Assembly (NCBI GenBank): GCA_947625115.1
Contig: CANQND010000004.1
Coordinates: 3,338 to 67,337 of the forward strand
Direction: 5' to 3'
DNA length: 64,000 nt
From: an uncultured Clostridia bacterium
Lineage (GTDB): Bacteria > Bacillota > Clostridia > Christensenellales > CAG-314
Under the pieces are notes generated by a model. That model saw only the letters and a program-made list of their open reading frames with translations, was not told where the DNA came from and did no database searches. Both the position numbers and the translations under genes were made by a program. Within the stretch, counting starts at the first letter, position 1; every line of letters begins with the position of its first letter. Of this stretch, positions 1 to 9,594 are shown piece by piece.

Positions 1-1326
1 GTCGTTTACGTACAGGTAAACGTCTTTGTCCTGCACTTGCTTGGCGGCGGGAGTGGCAAAGTCGTCGATTTCGTTGCGCAGTACCCTTTGACCGTAACCG
101 TTGAGTTCAACGTTGTAGTACTGATCCATATTGAGCATCTTTACAAAGAACGAGGAAATGTACGCGCTAAGCGACGCCCTTTGGCTATCCGCTTTGCTTT
201 CCACAAAGGGCTTTATTTCATCTGAGAAGTAAATGGTGCGGTCAACGGAATTGATCGTTTCGTCCAAAACATAGTCGTCTTTGTTGTTGGGCTTGCCTTG
301 ATCGTTAAGTCCGCCGATCTCGTCGGAGTCTATCATATATTGATAGCACAAAGAAAGGCAGGTTTCGGCAAACAGATAAGTGGAGTAAAGATCTTCGGCG
401 AAATCGATACATTTTTGTACGCCTGTAAACAGATTGTCGAAGTCGTCGTGATTGCTGTACAAATAGTAGAGGTACATCACGTCCAGAATGGACCTGTCCG
501 TCGCAACGCCGTGTTCGTTGGGAATTATCGCCGAGTACAGACTATTTAACTTTATGGCTTCTATGTAAAGATAGTCGTAATATTTTTTGACGTCTTGCGG
601 ATCCGCTTTGTTCTCGTTGATATTTTCCGAAAGGGCGTTGTATCGAGAAAGGAGCTTTTCTTTCCATTGATAAAAGCCCGTATTTTCGCCGAACTGTCCG
701 TTGGCGAAATTGTTTATGGCGTCGCCGAAATCGCGTATATCTATCTGTTCCAAGATGTAATTCGCCATTTTTTGCATTTCCTGCGTCAAAGTTTCCGTTT
801 GATTGTTCAACTCTTCGTGAAAAGATTTGTACAAGCCGTCGAGGTTTTCCGACAGTATGGCGAAGTTGTCCTGCATAGAGTGACCCGTTTCAAAGATGTA
901 CGAATTTATGAACAGCCGCTTTGCGTTTTCAAAAAGAGCGGGCAGCTTTTCCACAAAAGTTTTCAACATAGGCGAGGAGAGAAATATCGACCCCACCTTT
1001 GTTGCAAATTTCAAAACGGTAAGAGATTTGCTTGCCGATTGCAACGCCGTCAGTTTGTTGTCGATGTCTTTCGCTTTGTCGGGCGAGTAGGTCAAGTCGG
1101 AAAATGCGTACTGTCTGTCGGAGGGCGTCACGTCGGAGTTGTAGCTGTAACGGTACAAGTCCTCGTTGGAAAGTTTTACCGTTTGCGTTTCGGCTTGGGC
1201 GGACAAACCCGATATTTTGTCAATACCCGCGCCCGCAAGCATTGGCAACACAAACGTGGCAAGCAGCACCGCGCACAGCACAATGCACAGCGCAACTCCT
1301 GTTTTGGTTACAAATTTAGTTTTCAT
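1..1326 (-). CDS. secreted protein of unknown function (partial; C-terminus lies beyond the left edge)
   Basis: Absent from the ORF track because it is open at the window edge. Reverse complement from ATG at 1326-1324 reads MKTKFVTKTGVALCIVLCAVLLATFVLPMLAGAGIDKISGLSAQAETQ... (signal-peptide-like) and stays open to position 1. The + strand ORFs 298-549 and 595-1377 look like antisense shadows. Confidence 0.6.
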   Translation of the reverse strand, partial: MKTKFVTKTGVALCIVLCAVLLATFVLPMLAGAGIDKISGLSAQAETQTVKLSNEDLYRYSYNSDVTPSDRQYAFSDLTYSPDKAKDIDNKLTALQSASKSLTVLKFATKVGSIFLSSPMLKTFVEKLPALFENAKRLFINSYIFETGHSMQDNFAILSENLDGLYKSFHEELNNQTETLTQEMQKMANYILEQIDIRDFGDAINNFANGQFGENTGFYQWKEKLLSRYNALSENINENKADPQDVKKYYDYLYIEAIKLNSLYSAIIPNEHGVATDRSILDVMYLYYLYSNHDDFDNLFTGVQKCIDFAEDLYSTYLFAETCLSLCYQYMIDSDEIGGLNDQGKPNNKDDYVLDETINSVDRTIYFSDEIKPFVESKADSQRASLSAYISSFFVKMLNMDQYYNVELNGYGQRVLRNEIDDFATPAAKQVQDKDVYLYVND

Positions 1327-1507
1327 TTCACACCTATATGTCGCGCTTTTCCCCGATGGCGAGGTATATTTCGGTAAAATTACCGTTGCGCGCAATCTTA
1401 ATTATATAACATATTCCGTTATTATGCAACATATTTATAACTGAATTTTCTGCCCGAGCAAAGAAATGCGGCGGTTGCAAGTGCAAAACCGCCGCAGGCA
1501 AATCGCT

Positions 1508-2017
1508 CTACGCAATTTTCGTCAGCGCGATAACAAACAGTACCGCCGCCGAAATCACGTTTGTGTGAGCAAGCGTCACGTGCCTCGCAAGCAGTTGCCC
1601 GAGCGTCACGGCGAGGTAGTGCATAGCGGCAAACACAACGGGCGCAACAAGCTCCAAACCGTTGCCCGCAAGGGACAAATTGGCTATCGCCGCGTCCAGA
1701 CCCACGGCAAAGCCCACCGTCAGACTTTCGCCGATACTGACGGGAGTGAGGTTCGCGGAAGCGTTATCTTTGCGAAAAAGGCACGTCGCGCCCAACGCCG
1801 TAAGCAATATCGCGCCTGCAAAATTCGCTGTTTTTTCGTCGAAAGCGCGTAGCAACGCCGTTGCCAAAGAGGTGGCAAGACACATCAAAAACGTCATCAA
1901 TGTGACCGCCGCAGGCAATATGGGGGAGGTTTTTTTGTTAAGCGACAGCGAAAATCCCGCGCAAAAGCTGTCCAGCGACACGGCAACTGCGGTAAGCAGT
2001 AACGTAAGCGTTTTCAT
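1508..2017 (-). CDS. MntP/YtaF-family (DUF204) membrane protein, putative Mn efflux
   Basis: 169-aa polytopic hydrophobic ORF with an N-terminal SLDSF motif and a two-repeat layout typical of the MntP/YtaF family. Confidence 0.6.
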   Translation of the reverse strand: MKTLTLLLTAVAVSLDSFCAGFSLSLNKKTSPILPAAVTLMTFLMCLATSLATALLRAFDEKTANFAGAILLTALGATCLFRKDNASANLTPVSIGESLTVGFAVGLDAAIANLSLAGNGLELVAPVVFAAMHYLAVTLGQLLARHVTLAHTNVISAAVLFVIALTKIA

Positions 2018-2135
2018 TTGTTCTCCTTATCCTGTGTAAGTGCGGTTGCCCGCCCTATCATACTATGCGTTTTTTTGCGATAGGGCGATAGTAAACGGCA
2101 GTTTCAGACAATTTATATTTTATATTTACAATTAG

Positions 2136-2164
2136 TTGACATTTTGAAAGATTGAATGTAAAAT
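2136..2164 (+). promoter_or_regulatory. sigma70-type promoter
   Basis: TTGACA (2136-2141), 17-nt spacer ending in TG, TAAAAT (2159-2164), upstream of the 2241 ORF. Confidence 0.55.
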
Positions 2165-2240
2165 ATCCCTATATGCGGTGGAACACGCATGTTTTTTGCC
2201 GCGCACGAAAAGTTGGGTTTTGTAACCCTTCGGAGGAACA

Positions 2241-3851
2241 ATGAAACGATTTTTGAGTGTTTTGATAGTCTTGACATTGCTTGTGAGTATGTTTACCGTT
2301 GCCGCAGTGGCATTTGCGGAACCGAGCGACTCGGGCGAGTCGGAAAGCGAACGCACGGTAACCTTTCACTTCGACAAGTTCAATGAGTACGTAAAATCTC
2401 AGATGACCGACTACTACATCGAGATGAACCAAGACTATGTGTTTGGAAACAAATGGTGGGAGGACGCCGACAAGGTTCATGAAATTTTCGAGGGTATCCG
2501 CTACAACGTTTTGCCCGAGGTAAACATCGAGGGCAAAGAGGAAGAGGACAAGCACGGCTTGACGTTTGTTTTGGGCGAAGAAGCCGCCGACGGCGAAGCG
2601 GATAAGGACGCCTACAATGTGACGGAAACCTATTGGGAAACGCAACGCGTCAAATTGCCCTCCGCTCCCGTAGTAAAAACGGAACAGCGGGAAGTCACTC
2701 CCGAAGAGGGCGGCGACCCCGAAACAAAGGACGTACCCGTGGCGTATTTCAACGGTTGGAAAGTGAGCTACGACGGACAGGCTTCTTGGCGCGATGAAAT
2801 CGTGTACAAGGCGGGCGACGAATTCGCAATGCCCAACGCCGATGTTACTATCACGGCATTGTGGGTAGAAAAGGAAGAGGAAGTTACCGAAAAAGTCAAC
2901 TACGACAAGATTTATATGTTGTACGTCACGCTCAGCGGTTCAACGACGGAAGATATGAAAGATTGGAGCAGAACGTTGGTAACCAACGACATCAGCCTCA
3001 CCACCGAGGGACCGTGCAGTTTCCGCTTTGCCGTTGTAGACGGTGACGCGGCAAGCGAATCGGGCTACACTTTCGACTACGACGACGTGTTGGCAACCAC
3101 TTTCGACGAAGCGCAAAAGGTAATAGACGACGCCGAAACAAATAGCGAAACCGTTTCCGACGAGGCGGTAGAGGAGGTAAACGGCACGTTGACCTTTATG
3201 GTGCAGGACACGACGGCTCCGCAAGTGGAACTTTCCACAACGCAACAAAACAAAGTTACCGACGGTCTGACCGTGGGTACGACGTACTCCATTTCCACAT
3301 CGCTGGATATAACCGACTGCTCAGGCACAAGAGTCACCTACGTCGTCTACAAGCAAGTGGGCGCAGGCAAAGAGGGCGCGGATACCGACGGTTGGTTGCA
3401 AATTTACGACAGTAACACAAGAGAAGTTGCCGAGGGCTACGAGGACAATATCTCCACAAGCGGCGTTATCACTCCGTTGTCTACCGACGTTACCGACTAC
3501 GATATGTACAAGATCGTGTACACAGTTGTGGACAACTACGGCAACAAAGCCGTCAAAAAGGTTTCTTCCGACACAACTTCCTCCGACGACAACGAACTGT
3601 ACAACCCCACGATGTTGCTCAAAGTGCATGCCGCCGCAAGCGGACCCGTTACTACTACGGCAGTGCAAGCATGGCAGATAGTGCTGTACATTATCGCGGG
3701 ATTGTCCGCAGTGGGCATTGTGGTGTTGCTCTGCGTCAAACCCAAACAACAAACGGTAGACATTCGTTACAACGCCAATGAGGCGGCGCAAACGCCCGAT
3801 ACCGATCAGGCGGCTCCCTCCGACGATCAAACGGACGACGACGTAAAGTAA
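2241..3851 (+). CDS. acidic secreted/cell-surface protein with C-terminal membrane anchor, unknown function
   Basis: 536 aa. Signal peptide MKRFLSVLIVLTLLVSMFTVAAVAFA, C-terminal TM helix (IVLYIIAGLSAVGIVVLLCV), and D/E/T-rich beta-type sequence in between. Confidence 0.7.
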   Translation: MKRFLSVLIVLTLLVSMFTVAAVAFAEPSDSGESESERTVTFHFDKFNEYVKSQMTDYYIEMNQDYVFGNKWWEDADKVHEIFEGIRYNVLPEVNIEGKEEEDKHGLTFVLGEEAADGEADKDAYNVTETYWETQRVKLPSAPVVKTEQREVTPEEGGDPETKDVPVAYFNGWKVSYDGQASWRDEIVYKAGDEFAMPNADVTITALWVEKEEEVTEKVNYDKIYMLYVTLSGSTTEDMKDWSRTLVTNDISLTTEGPCSFRFAVVDGDAASESGYTFDYDDVLATTFDEAQKVIDDAETNSETVSDEAVEEVNGTLTFMVQDTTAPQVELSTTQQNKVTDGLTVGTTYSISTSLDITDCSGTRVTYVVYKQVGAGKEGADTDGWLQIYDSNTREVAEGYEDNISTSGVITPLSTDVTDYDMYKIVYTVVDNYGNKAVKKVSSDTTSSDDNELYNPTMLLKVHAAASGPVTTTAVQAWQIVLYIIAGLSAVGIVVLLCVKPKQQTVDIRYNANEAAQTPDTDQAAPSDDQTDDDVK

Positions 3852-3866
3852 GTTGAAATAGCAAAA

Positions 3867-3897
3867 GCGTCAGGCAAATCAGCCTGACGCTTTTTTT
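3867..3897. terminator. bidirectional rho-independent terminator
   Basis: GCGTCAGGC-aaatca-GCCTGACGC flanked by an A-run and a T-run, between convergent genes. Confidence 0.8.
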
Positions 3898-3912
3898 GTT
3901 GTTTTGCTTGTT

Positions 3913-4887
3913 TCAGCCGAACAGAATGAAGTCGGCGTCTTTGTTTACGGCTATGGTACCCACGCGTCCGCTCAACCCCGCAAACGCGGCGGGAGATTCC
4001 GTCCATATCTTTATCGCTTCGGCAAGGGGCAGTCCGCACAGGGTGACGGTGTTCGCCAAGCCGCCGTAAGCGTCGGGATCTACGGGGGTTATGCCCACGG
4101 TTTTGTTTACGCCCTTTGTTTTTATCAACAATTTCAGCGCGTCGCCCGTCACGCGTTTGCCGTCGAACGCCGTCAACACGTAGCAGTTGTGCAACAGCGC
4201 GCTCCCTGCCAGACCTACGTCGCCCTCGTCGAAAGAGGACATTTTTCTGCACCAATCGGTAACGCCTTTCGCTCCCGCTTTGAAAGCGTTGGCAACCGTT
4301 TCTCCGTCGGCGTTACTGCGCCCCAGCGAAACGGTAACGCGGCTGTCCGTCACTTCGGAAATAAACGCCAACGCGTCGGGCAGTTCGGGCGCGACGGTTA
4401 TCAACTTGATTTTGCCCTCAGCCGCCTTTTGGTACGTCACAAATTTGTCCATAGAGGGTTTTTGCAACAGTTCGGGTGCGCAATCGCTTTTTTGCGGCGA
4501 CGTAAAGGGGCCGTCGAGGTGTATGCCCTTTATTTCGGGGTAGTCCTTGGCAAGTTGCGCAATCAACGCCAACTGTTTGCACAGATTTTCGTCGCTGTCC
4601 GCTTTGAGCGTGGGAAAAACCGTTCCCACTCCGTGCGCCTCGTAAAACTCCATTATCTTTTTCATTCCCGCTTCGTCGGCGGTGTTGAAGTCGTATCCGT
4701 TTGCGCCGTAACAGCACAAGTCCACAAACGCGGGCAAAATGTAGCGGCGGGAGCAATCCACAACTTCCGTCTGTTCGTCGGGGACGATCTCGGGCGCAAT
4801 GTCTATTATCCTGCCGTGATTGGCAACAATATCCGTTTTTACGAGCGCGCCGTTTAGGAGCGCGCTGCCGTTTTTGTAAAGTATCAT
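3913..4887 (-). CDS. NagA-like amidohydrolase-fold protein (metal ligands apparently missing)
   Basis: Collinear with GlcNAc-6-P deacetylase (IHLDGPF, VNKDADFILF). I chose the start at MILYKNG (4887) rather than the track start 4902 because it avoids overlap with the upstream stop. See finding. Confidence 0.6.
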   Translation of the reverse strand: MILYKNGSALLNGALVKTDIVANHGRIIDIAPEIVPDEQTEVVDCSRRYILPAFVDLCCYGANGYDFNTADEAGMKKIMEFYEAHGVGTVFPTLKADSDENLCKQLALIAQLAKDYPEIKGIHLDGPFTSPQKSDCAPELLQKPSMDKFVTYQKAAEGKIKLITVAPELPDALAFISEVTDSRVTVSLGRSNADGETVANAFKAGAKGVTDWCRKMSSFDEGDVGLAGSALLHNCYVLTAFDGKRVTGDALKLLIKTKGVNKTVGITPVDPDAYGGLANTVTLCGLPLAEAIKIWTESPAAFAGLSGRVGTIAVNKDADFILFG

Positions 4888-4888
4888 T

Positions 4889-6058
4889 CTAACTCCTGTC
4901 AAATATCCTCAACACAAAGCATTTGAGGTAGTTGGTTTCGTCAGCGACGAGTAACGTTGGGTGATCGGGCGATTGCGAACGCACTTCCACGCACTGCGCG
5001 TTTCTGCCGCTTGCTTTTACCGCTTCGGCGAGGGTCTTTTCAAAAGCCTGTTGCGAAACGTGGTGCGAACAACTGCAAGTCATCAGGTAGCCGTCGGGTT
5101 TAAGCAATTTTATCGCCTGAACGTTTATGTCGCGATAGCCTTTGAGTGCGTCTGCCCTTTCGTGCGCAGATTTGGTAAAGGCGGGCGGGTCCAACACAAT
5201 GCAGTCGAACAACTTTCCCTCCCGTCGGTACTGCCGCAACAGTTCAAATACGTCCGCGCATACAGTGGCGATATTGTCAAAGCCGTTCAGTTCGGCGTTT
5301 CTGCGCACGTTTTGCAGAGCAAATTCCGACGAATCCGCCGCAATTACGCTGTCGGCTGTCGTCGCGGCGTTCAAGGCAAATCCGCCGCTGTTGCAAAAGC
5401 AGTCCAACACGTCGCCCTTGGCGTAGCGGCGCAGAGCAAAGCGGTTTTCCTTTTGGTCGAGGAAGTATCCCGTCTTTTGCCCGTTGCGTAAATTTACCTG
5501 CATTTTTATGCCGTTTTCGCAAATTTCTACCCATTCGGGAACTTCGCCGTACAGCACTCCCGTTTCTTCGGGCAAACCCTCCTTTTGCCGCACGGCAACG
5601 TCGCTTCGTTCGTAGATACCTTTGGGCGCAAATTCCTTTACAAGCGCGTCTACAACGGTCTTTTTGTGCAGGTACATTCCCAATGACAATATCTGTACGC
5701 TGAGGTAGTCGCCGTATTTGTCCGCAATCAACGCGGGCAAACCGTCCGCCTCGGCGAAAACGGCGCGGTAGCAGTTGTCGTAACCCAATTGACGGCGGCG
5801 GAGGTTGGCGGCGCGTATGCGTTCGGCGATAACGTTGTCGCAGTCGGTACGTCCGTCGCGGATAAAAATTCGCACCAAAATTTTTGACGCGTGATTGATA
5901 AAGCCGCTGCCCAAGTATTTGCCGTCGTAGGAGTACACTTCGGCAAGACTGCCGTTTTTGTCTTTGCCCTCCGTCTTTGCCGCTTCGTTGGCGTACACCC
6001 ACGGGTGTCCGTCCGCAATGCGGCGATGTTCGCCCTTTTTGAGATAAATTTTGTACAT
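4889..6058 (-). CDS. rlmI: class I SAM-dependent rRNA (cytosine-C5) methyltransferase, RlmI-like (PUA + MTase)
   Basis: N-terminal KKGEHRRIADGHPWVY (PUA-like) and C-terminal DCFCNSGGFAL...VLDPPAF motifs. Start chosen at MYKIYLKKG (6058); the track start 6100 is also possible. Confidence 0.7.
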   Translation of the reverse strand: MYKIYLKKGEHRRIADGHPWVYANEAAKTEGKDKNGSLAEVYSYDGKYLGSGFINHASKILVRIFIRDGRTDCDNVIAERIRAANLRRRQLGYDNCYRAVFAEADGLPALIADKYGDYLSVQILSLGMYLHKKTVVDALVKEFAPKGIYERSDVAVRQKEGLPEETGVLYGEVPEWVEICENGIKMQVNLRNGQKTGYFLDQKENRFALRRYAKGDVLDCFCNSGGFALNAATTADSVIAADSSEFALQNVRRNAELNGFDNIATVCADVFELLRQYRREGKLFDCIVLDPPAFTKSAHERADALKGYRDINVQAIKLLKPDGYLMTCSCSHHVSQQAFEKTLAEAVKASGRNAQCVEVRSQSPDHPTLLVADETNYLKCFVLRIFDRS

Positions 6059-6191
6059 AGTTAAGTAAAAACCCCCGCCAAAAGCGTCGGTAAACCGCAA
6101 ACGTCGTAGCGGCGAAAACGTATTGCCTCATTCGGTGCCGATGTTCGCCCGTACGACGGTTTTCAAAGTAAGTAAATTATATACTATCGAC

Positions 6192-6221
6192 AAAAAAAAA
6201 GCAACCTTTATCGGGGTTGCC
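6192..6221 (-). terminator. rho-independent terminator
   Basis: On the minus strand GGCAACC-ccgataaa-GGTTGC is followed by T9, downstream of the 6227 stop. Confidence 0.75.
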
Positions 6222-6226
6222 TGATT

Positions 6227-7360
6227 TTACACAACGGTTTTGGAAAGCAATTCCACGGCGTTGAGCAAGGAGTAACATTCTTCTTTTGCCGTTACGCAAC
6301 TGACGGAAGCGCGCACAACGCCCTGTTCAAAGGTGTTGAGATATTTGTGCATTAACGGCGCGCATTGCAGTCCTCCGCGCACGGCGATGTCGTAGCGTTC
6401 GTCCAACAGGTCGGCAATTTCCGCGCTGTCCCGCTTGCCTATGTTAAAGGAAACTATTCCGCTGTTGTTGAGAGAGGAGTAGACTGTTACGCCGCGTATC
6501 TTTTTAAGCCCGTTTACAAGCGTTTCCTGCATTTCGGCGACGTTGGCGCGGTTGCTTTTCCAATTGTTCAGCCACCAATCCACGCCCGCGTTCATAGCGA
6601 TAATGGCGGGGCAGGGCAAAGTGCCGCTTTCAAGGCAATCGGGTACCGTGGAGGGTTGGTAGTAGAGGTGGCTTTCCGTTCCCGTCCCGCCGAAAACTAT
6701 CGGTCGGGGTATGGCTCTTTTGTTGAATATCAACGCGCCCGCGCCCTGCATTGCGTGTAAGCCTTTGTGCGCGGCTATCGCAACCATATCTACGTTGCTC
6801 TTTTCCATATCCAAAGCAAAGTAACCCACGCTTTGAGCGCAGTCCGCCAACAGTTTTACGTTGCGTCTGCGGCACACGCGCCCTATCTCCGCAAGATTTT
6901 GCGCGGTACCCGTAACGTTGCTTGCGTGAGATACGCACACGAGGTAGGTGTCGGGACGTATGCGACGTTCTATTTCTTCGGCGGTAACAATGCCCTCGGC
7001 GTTAGGTTGCGCGACGGAAACTTCCGCGTAACCCTTTTTTCGCAATTGCATAACGGGTCGCAACACGGAGTTGTGTTCCGTGGCGGTAAGGACAATATGC
7101 CCTCTCTGCGCCGTGCCGAGTATCGCAAGGTTGAGCGCGGCGGTGCAACCCGCGGTAAACGCCACGTGCAGTTCGCTGTCGTTGTTGAACAGCAGGTGCA
7201 GTTTTCGCCGCGTTTCGTACAGTTTTTGTTGAAGCGCGACAGCCGATTTGTTTCCGCTTCGGTTGGGGTTGAAAGAGTATTTGGTAAGGCACTCGGCAAC
7301 AGCGTCCAAAACTTCTTTGGGCTTGTAGTCGGTGGTGGCGGCGTTATCGAGGTAAATCAT
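6227..7360 (-). CDS. cysteine desulfurase / class V aminotransferase (NifS/CsdA-like)
   Basis: MIYLDNAATT N-terminus, SHASNVTG, AHKGLHA (PLP lysine context). Start 7360 has a GGAGAA RBS; the track start 7432 is less likely. Confidence 0.8.
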   Translation of the reverse strand: MIYLDNAATTDYKPKEVLDAVAECLTKYSFNPNRSGNKSAVALQQKLYETRRKLHLLFNNDSELHVAFTAGCTAALNLAILGTAQRGHIVLTATEHNSVLRPVMQLRKKGYAEVSVAQPNAEGIVTAEEIERRIRPDTYLVCVSHASNVTGTAQNLAEIGRVCRRRNVKLLADCAQSVGYFALDMEKSNVDMVAIAAHKGLHAMQGAGALIFNKRAIPRPIVFGGTGTESHLYYQPSTVPDCLESGTLPCPAIIAMNAGVDWWLNNWKSNRANVAEMQETLVNGLKKIRGVTVYSSLNNSGIVSFNIGKRDSAEIADLLDERYDIAVRGGLQCAPLMHKYLNTFEQGVVRASVSCVTAKEECYSLLNAVELLSKTVV

Positions 7361-7473
7361 AGTTTTCTCCGTACACTTTTTGCGAACTAAATCAATAGTA
7401 TATTTTATGGAAATATTTTTGCCGTATGCCACTGTTGCGCGAGGGTTTTGCGCCGTTACATAAGGAGAAAACC

Positions 7474-7722
7474 ATGGAATATATTTTGGCAGCGTACCGT
7501 TCGCGCAACGTTGCGATACAAGCGTACAATTATTTGACGGGCAAGGGGGTAACGTGCGCCCTCGTTTCCACTCCGCGCGCCGCAGGGGTAGGTTGCGGTC
7601 TGTCGGTGAAGTTTGCGACGAGTTATTTCGAGGCGGTCAGATCCGTTTTGACCGTCGAAACGTTTGCGGGCTTCTTTCTGTACCGCGCCACCGCAACGGG
7701 CGGAACGCTTGTCCGCCTGTGA
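7474..7722 (+). CDS. DUF3343-like small protein (putative S/Se carrier-like)
   Basis: ~82 aa, MEYILAAYRSRNVAIQAYNYL..GCGLSVKF pattern, GGAG RBS, divergent from the cysteine desulfurase gene. Confidence 0.6.
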   Translation: MEYILAAYRSRNVAIQAYNYLTGKGVTCALVSTPRAAGVGCGLSVKFATSYFEAVRSVLTVETFAGFFLYRATATGGTLVRL

Positions 7723-7829
7723 AAAGGGCGCAAACTGTTGAAAATTTGCGGCAAATAGGATATAATGTTATTTGCGGCGTACCGCGAGTACGTCGGCAGT
7801 GGCATTATATCCTGTTTTTTTGGTGCGAT

Positions 7830-8465
7830 ATGGCAGATACAAAAGCTATTTTGGAATTGCTTGCAAAAGATTTCCCCAACCCAAAGAGCGAGTTGAATTT
7901 CAATTCGCCCTATCAACTGATCGTTGCGGTGATATTGTCGGCGCAATGTACCGACAAGCGCGTAAACACGGTCACTCCCGCGCTTTTCAGCGAGGCTCCC
8001 ACGGTGGAGGACCTCGCAAAGATCCCGACGGAGCGGTTGGAAACGCTCATTCGCCCCTGCGGCTTTTACCACACCAAATCGGCGCACCTCAAACAGATGG
8101 CAAAGGACGTTGTGGAACGTTTCGGCGGACAAATCCCCTCCGATTTGCAGTCGTTGCAAACGCTTGCGGGGGTCGGTCGCAAAACCGCCAACGTGGTGTA
8201 CGCGGTGGGTTTCGGCGGACAGGCGATAGCGGTGGATACGCACGTGTTCCGCGTGTCCAACCGTTTGGGCATTGTCCGCGCCAAGAACGTCAACGAAACG
8301 GAACGTCAACTTATGGCGGCTATCCCGCGCGAAATGTGGGCGGACAGTCACCACTACATTTTGTTGCACGGCAGATACGTGTGCAAGGCGAGAAATCCTT
8401 TGTGCGACAGTTGCTCCGTGCGTAAACTGTGCGACTACTACAAGGAGCGTTATGGCGGCAATTGA
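7830..8465 (+). CDS. nth: endonuclease III
   Basis: PYQLIVAVILSAQCTD, GVGRKTANVV (HhH-GPD), C-x6-C-x2-C-x5-C Fe-S cluster loop at the C-terminus. ATG at 7830 is in frame within the longer track ORF. Confidence 0.9.
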   Translation: MADTKAILELLAKDFPNPKSELNFNSPYQLIVAVILSAQCTDKRVNTVTPALFSEAPTVEDLAKIPTERLETLIRPCGFYHTKSAHLKQMAKDVVERFGGQIPSDLQSLQTLAGVGRKTANVVYAVGFGGQAIAVDTHVFRVSNRLGIVRAKNVNETERQLMAAIPREMWADSHHYILLHGRYVCKARNPLCDSCSVRKLCDYYKERYGGN

Positions 8466-9591
8466 TTTGGTACGGGAGCAGTGCGGTCGCTGTTTGCATT
8501 GCGCAAAACCACCTTGCGCTACGGCTTGCCCGATAGGTAACGATATTCCCGAATTTTTGCATTTGGCGTCGTGCGGAAAGTACGGCGACGCGACAAAACT
8601 TATCGGACACCCTTTCGGCGAGGTCTGCGGTTACGTTTGTCCGCACGAACAGTACTGTCGTGGCGGCTGTGTGCTTTCCAAAAAGGGCTTGGGAGTGTTT
8701 ATGGGTGCCGTTGAGCGAGAAGTTTTTGCGGCAAATCCCTACCGTATCGAACGCGTAGGCAACGCCGCGCGCGGCAAACGCGTAGCTGTTGTGGGCGCGG
8801 GCGTATCGGGGTTGACTTTTGCCTCGAAGCTGTACGAACAGGGCGCGGACGTAACCGTTTTTGAAGCCAACTGCTATCTCTCCACATTGCGGCTCATTCC
8901 CTCTTTTCGCTTGCCCGAACGCGCCCTCGACGCAATTGAAAAACAGGCTAAGGACAAGTTTTGCACGGTAGAGCAAAAGGTGGACGGCAAATCGCTTGCC
9001 TCTATCCAAGCGCAATTTGACGCGGCGTACATTGCCGCAGGTACGGCAAAAGAGTACAGTCTTGGCGTGGAGGGAGAAAATTTTGCCACCCCATATTCTG
9101 TTTTTTTGAAAAAAAGCAGTGTTGTAGGCGGAAAACGCGTAGTTGTTCTGGGCGGAGGCAACACCGCAATGGACTGTGCGCGTCTGGCTGTGCGCAACGG
9201 CGCGGACGTAACCGTCGCCTATCGCAGACAAAAACAGGATATGCCCGCTTTCGACGCAGAAGTGCGCGGCGCGGAAGAGGAGGGCGTGAAATTTGTCTTT
9301 AACGTCGCTCCCGCTATGCTCAGACGTACTTCAAACGGTTTGGTTTTGACCGTTGCGCAAACGGTATCGCAGGGCAGAGAAAGATTGACCGTTACCGACG
9401 TAACGTCGGATATGGAGTGCGCCGTTGTCGTTTCGGCATTGGGCGCGTGCGCCGACAAAGAACTTGCGCAAGCGGCGGAGAGGTTGAAGCTGCTTTCGGG
9501 CGGAGATTTTGCAGGCGGCAAAACGGTTGCGCAAGCCGTTGCGGACGGGTTGAGAGCCGCACGCAAAACGATAGAAAATTTCAATAGGTAA
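8452..9591 (+). CDS. GltD/PreT-like NAD(P)H-dependent FAD oxidoreductase with N-terminal Fe-S Cys motifs
   Basis: Cys-rich N-terminus (CGRCLHCAKPPCATACP) and two Rossmann motifs (VAVVGAGVSG, VVVLGGGNTAMD). Start MAAIDL at 8452 overlaps the nth stop by 14 nt. Confidence 0.75.
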   Translation: MAAIDLVREQCGRCLHCAKPPCATACPIGNDIPEFLHLASCGKYGDATKLIGHPFGEVCGYVCPHEQYCRGGCVLSKKGLGVFMGAVEREVFAANPYRIERVGNAARGKRVAVVGAGVSGLTFASKLYEQGADVTVFEANCYLSTLRLIPSFRLPERALDAIEKQAKDKFCTVEQKVDGKSLASIQAQFDAAYIAAGTAKEYSLGVEGENFATPYSVFLKKSSVVGGKRVVVLGGGNTAMDCARLAVRNGADVTVAYRRQKQDMPAFDAEVRGAEEEGVKFVFNVAPAMLRRTSNGLVLTVAQTVSQGRERLTVTDVTSDMECAVVVSALGACADKELAQAAERLKLLSGGDFAGGKTVAQAVADGLRAARKTIENFNR

Positions 9592-9594
9592 AAT

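Noticed and set aside
2018-2135. Mn-sensing yybP-ykoY riboswitch upstream of the MntP/YtaF-like gene
   Set aside because: I looked for the conserved GGGGAGUAG-type core on the minus strand and did not find it. Only a 9-bp hairpin is present (CGCCCTATC...GATAGGGCG).
8452-8465. 14-nt overlap between nth and the GltD-like gene (and the similar overlap at 35858-35871)
   Set aside because: These are ordinary translational-coupling overlaps, not evidence of frameshifting or fusion.
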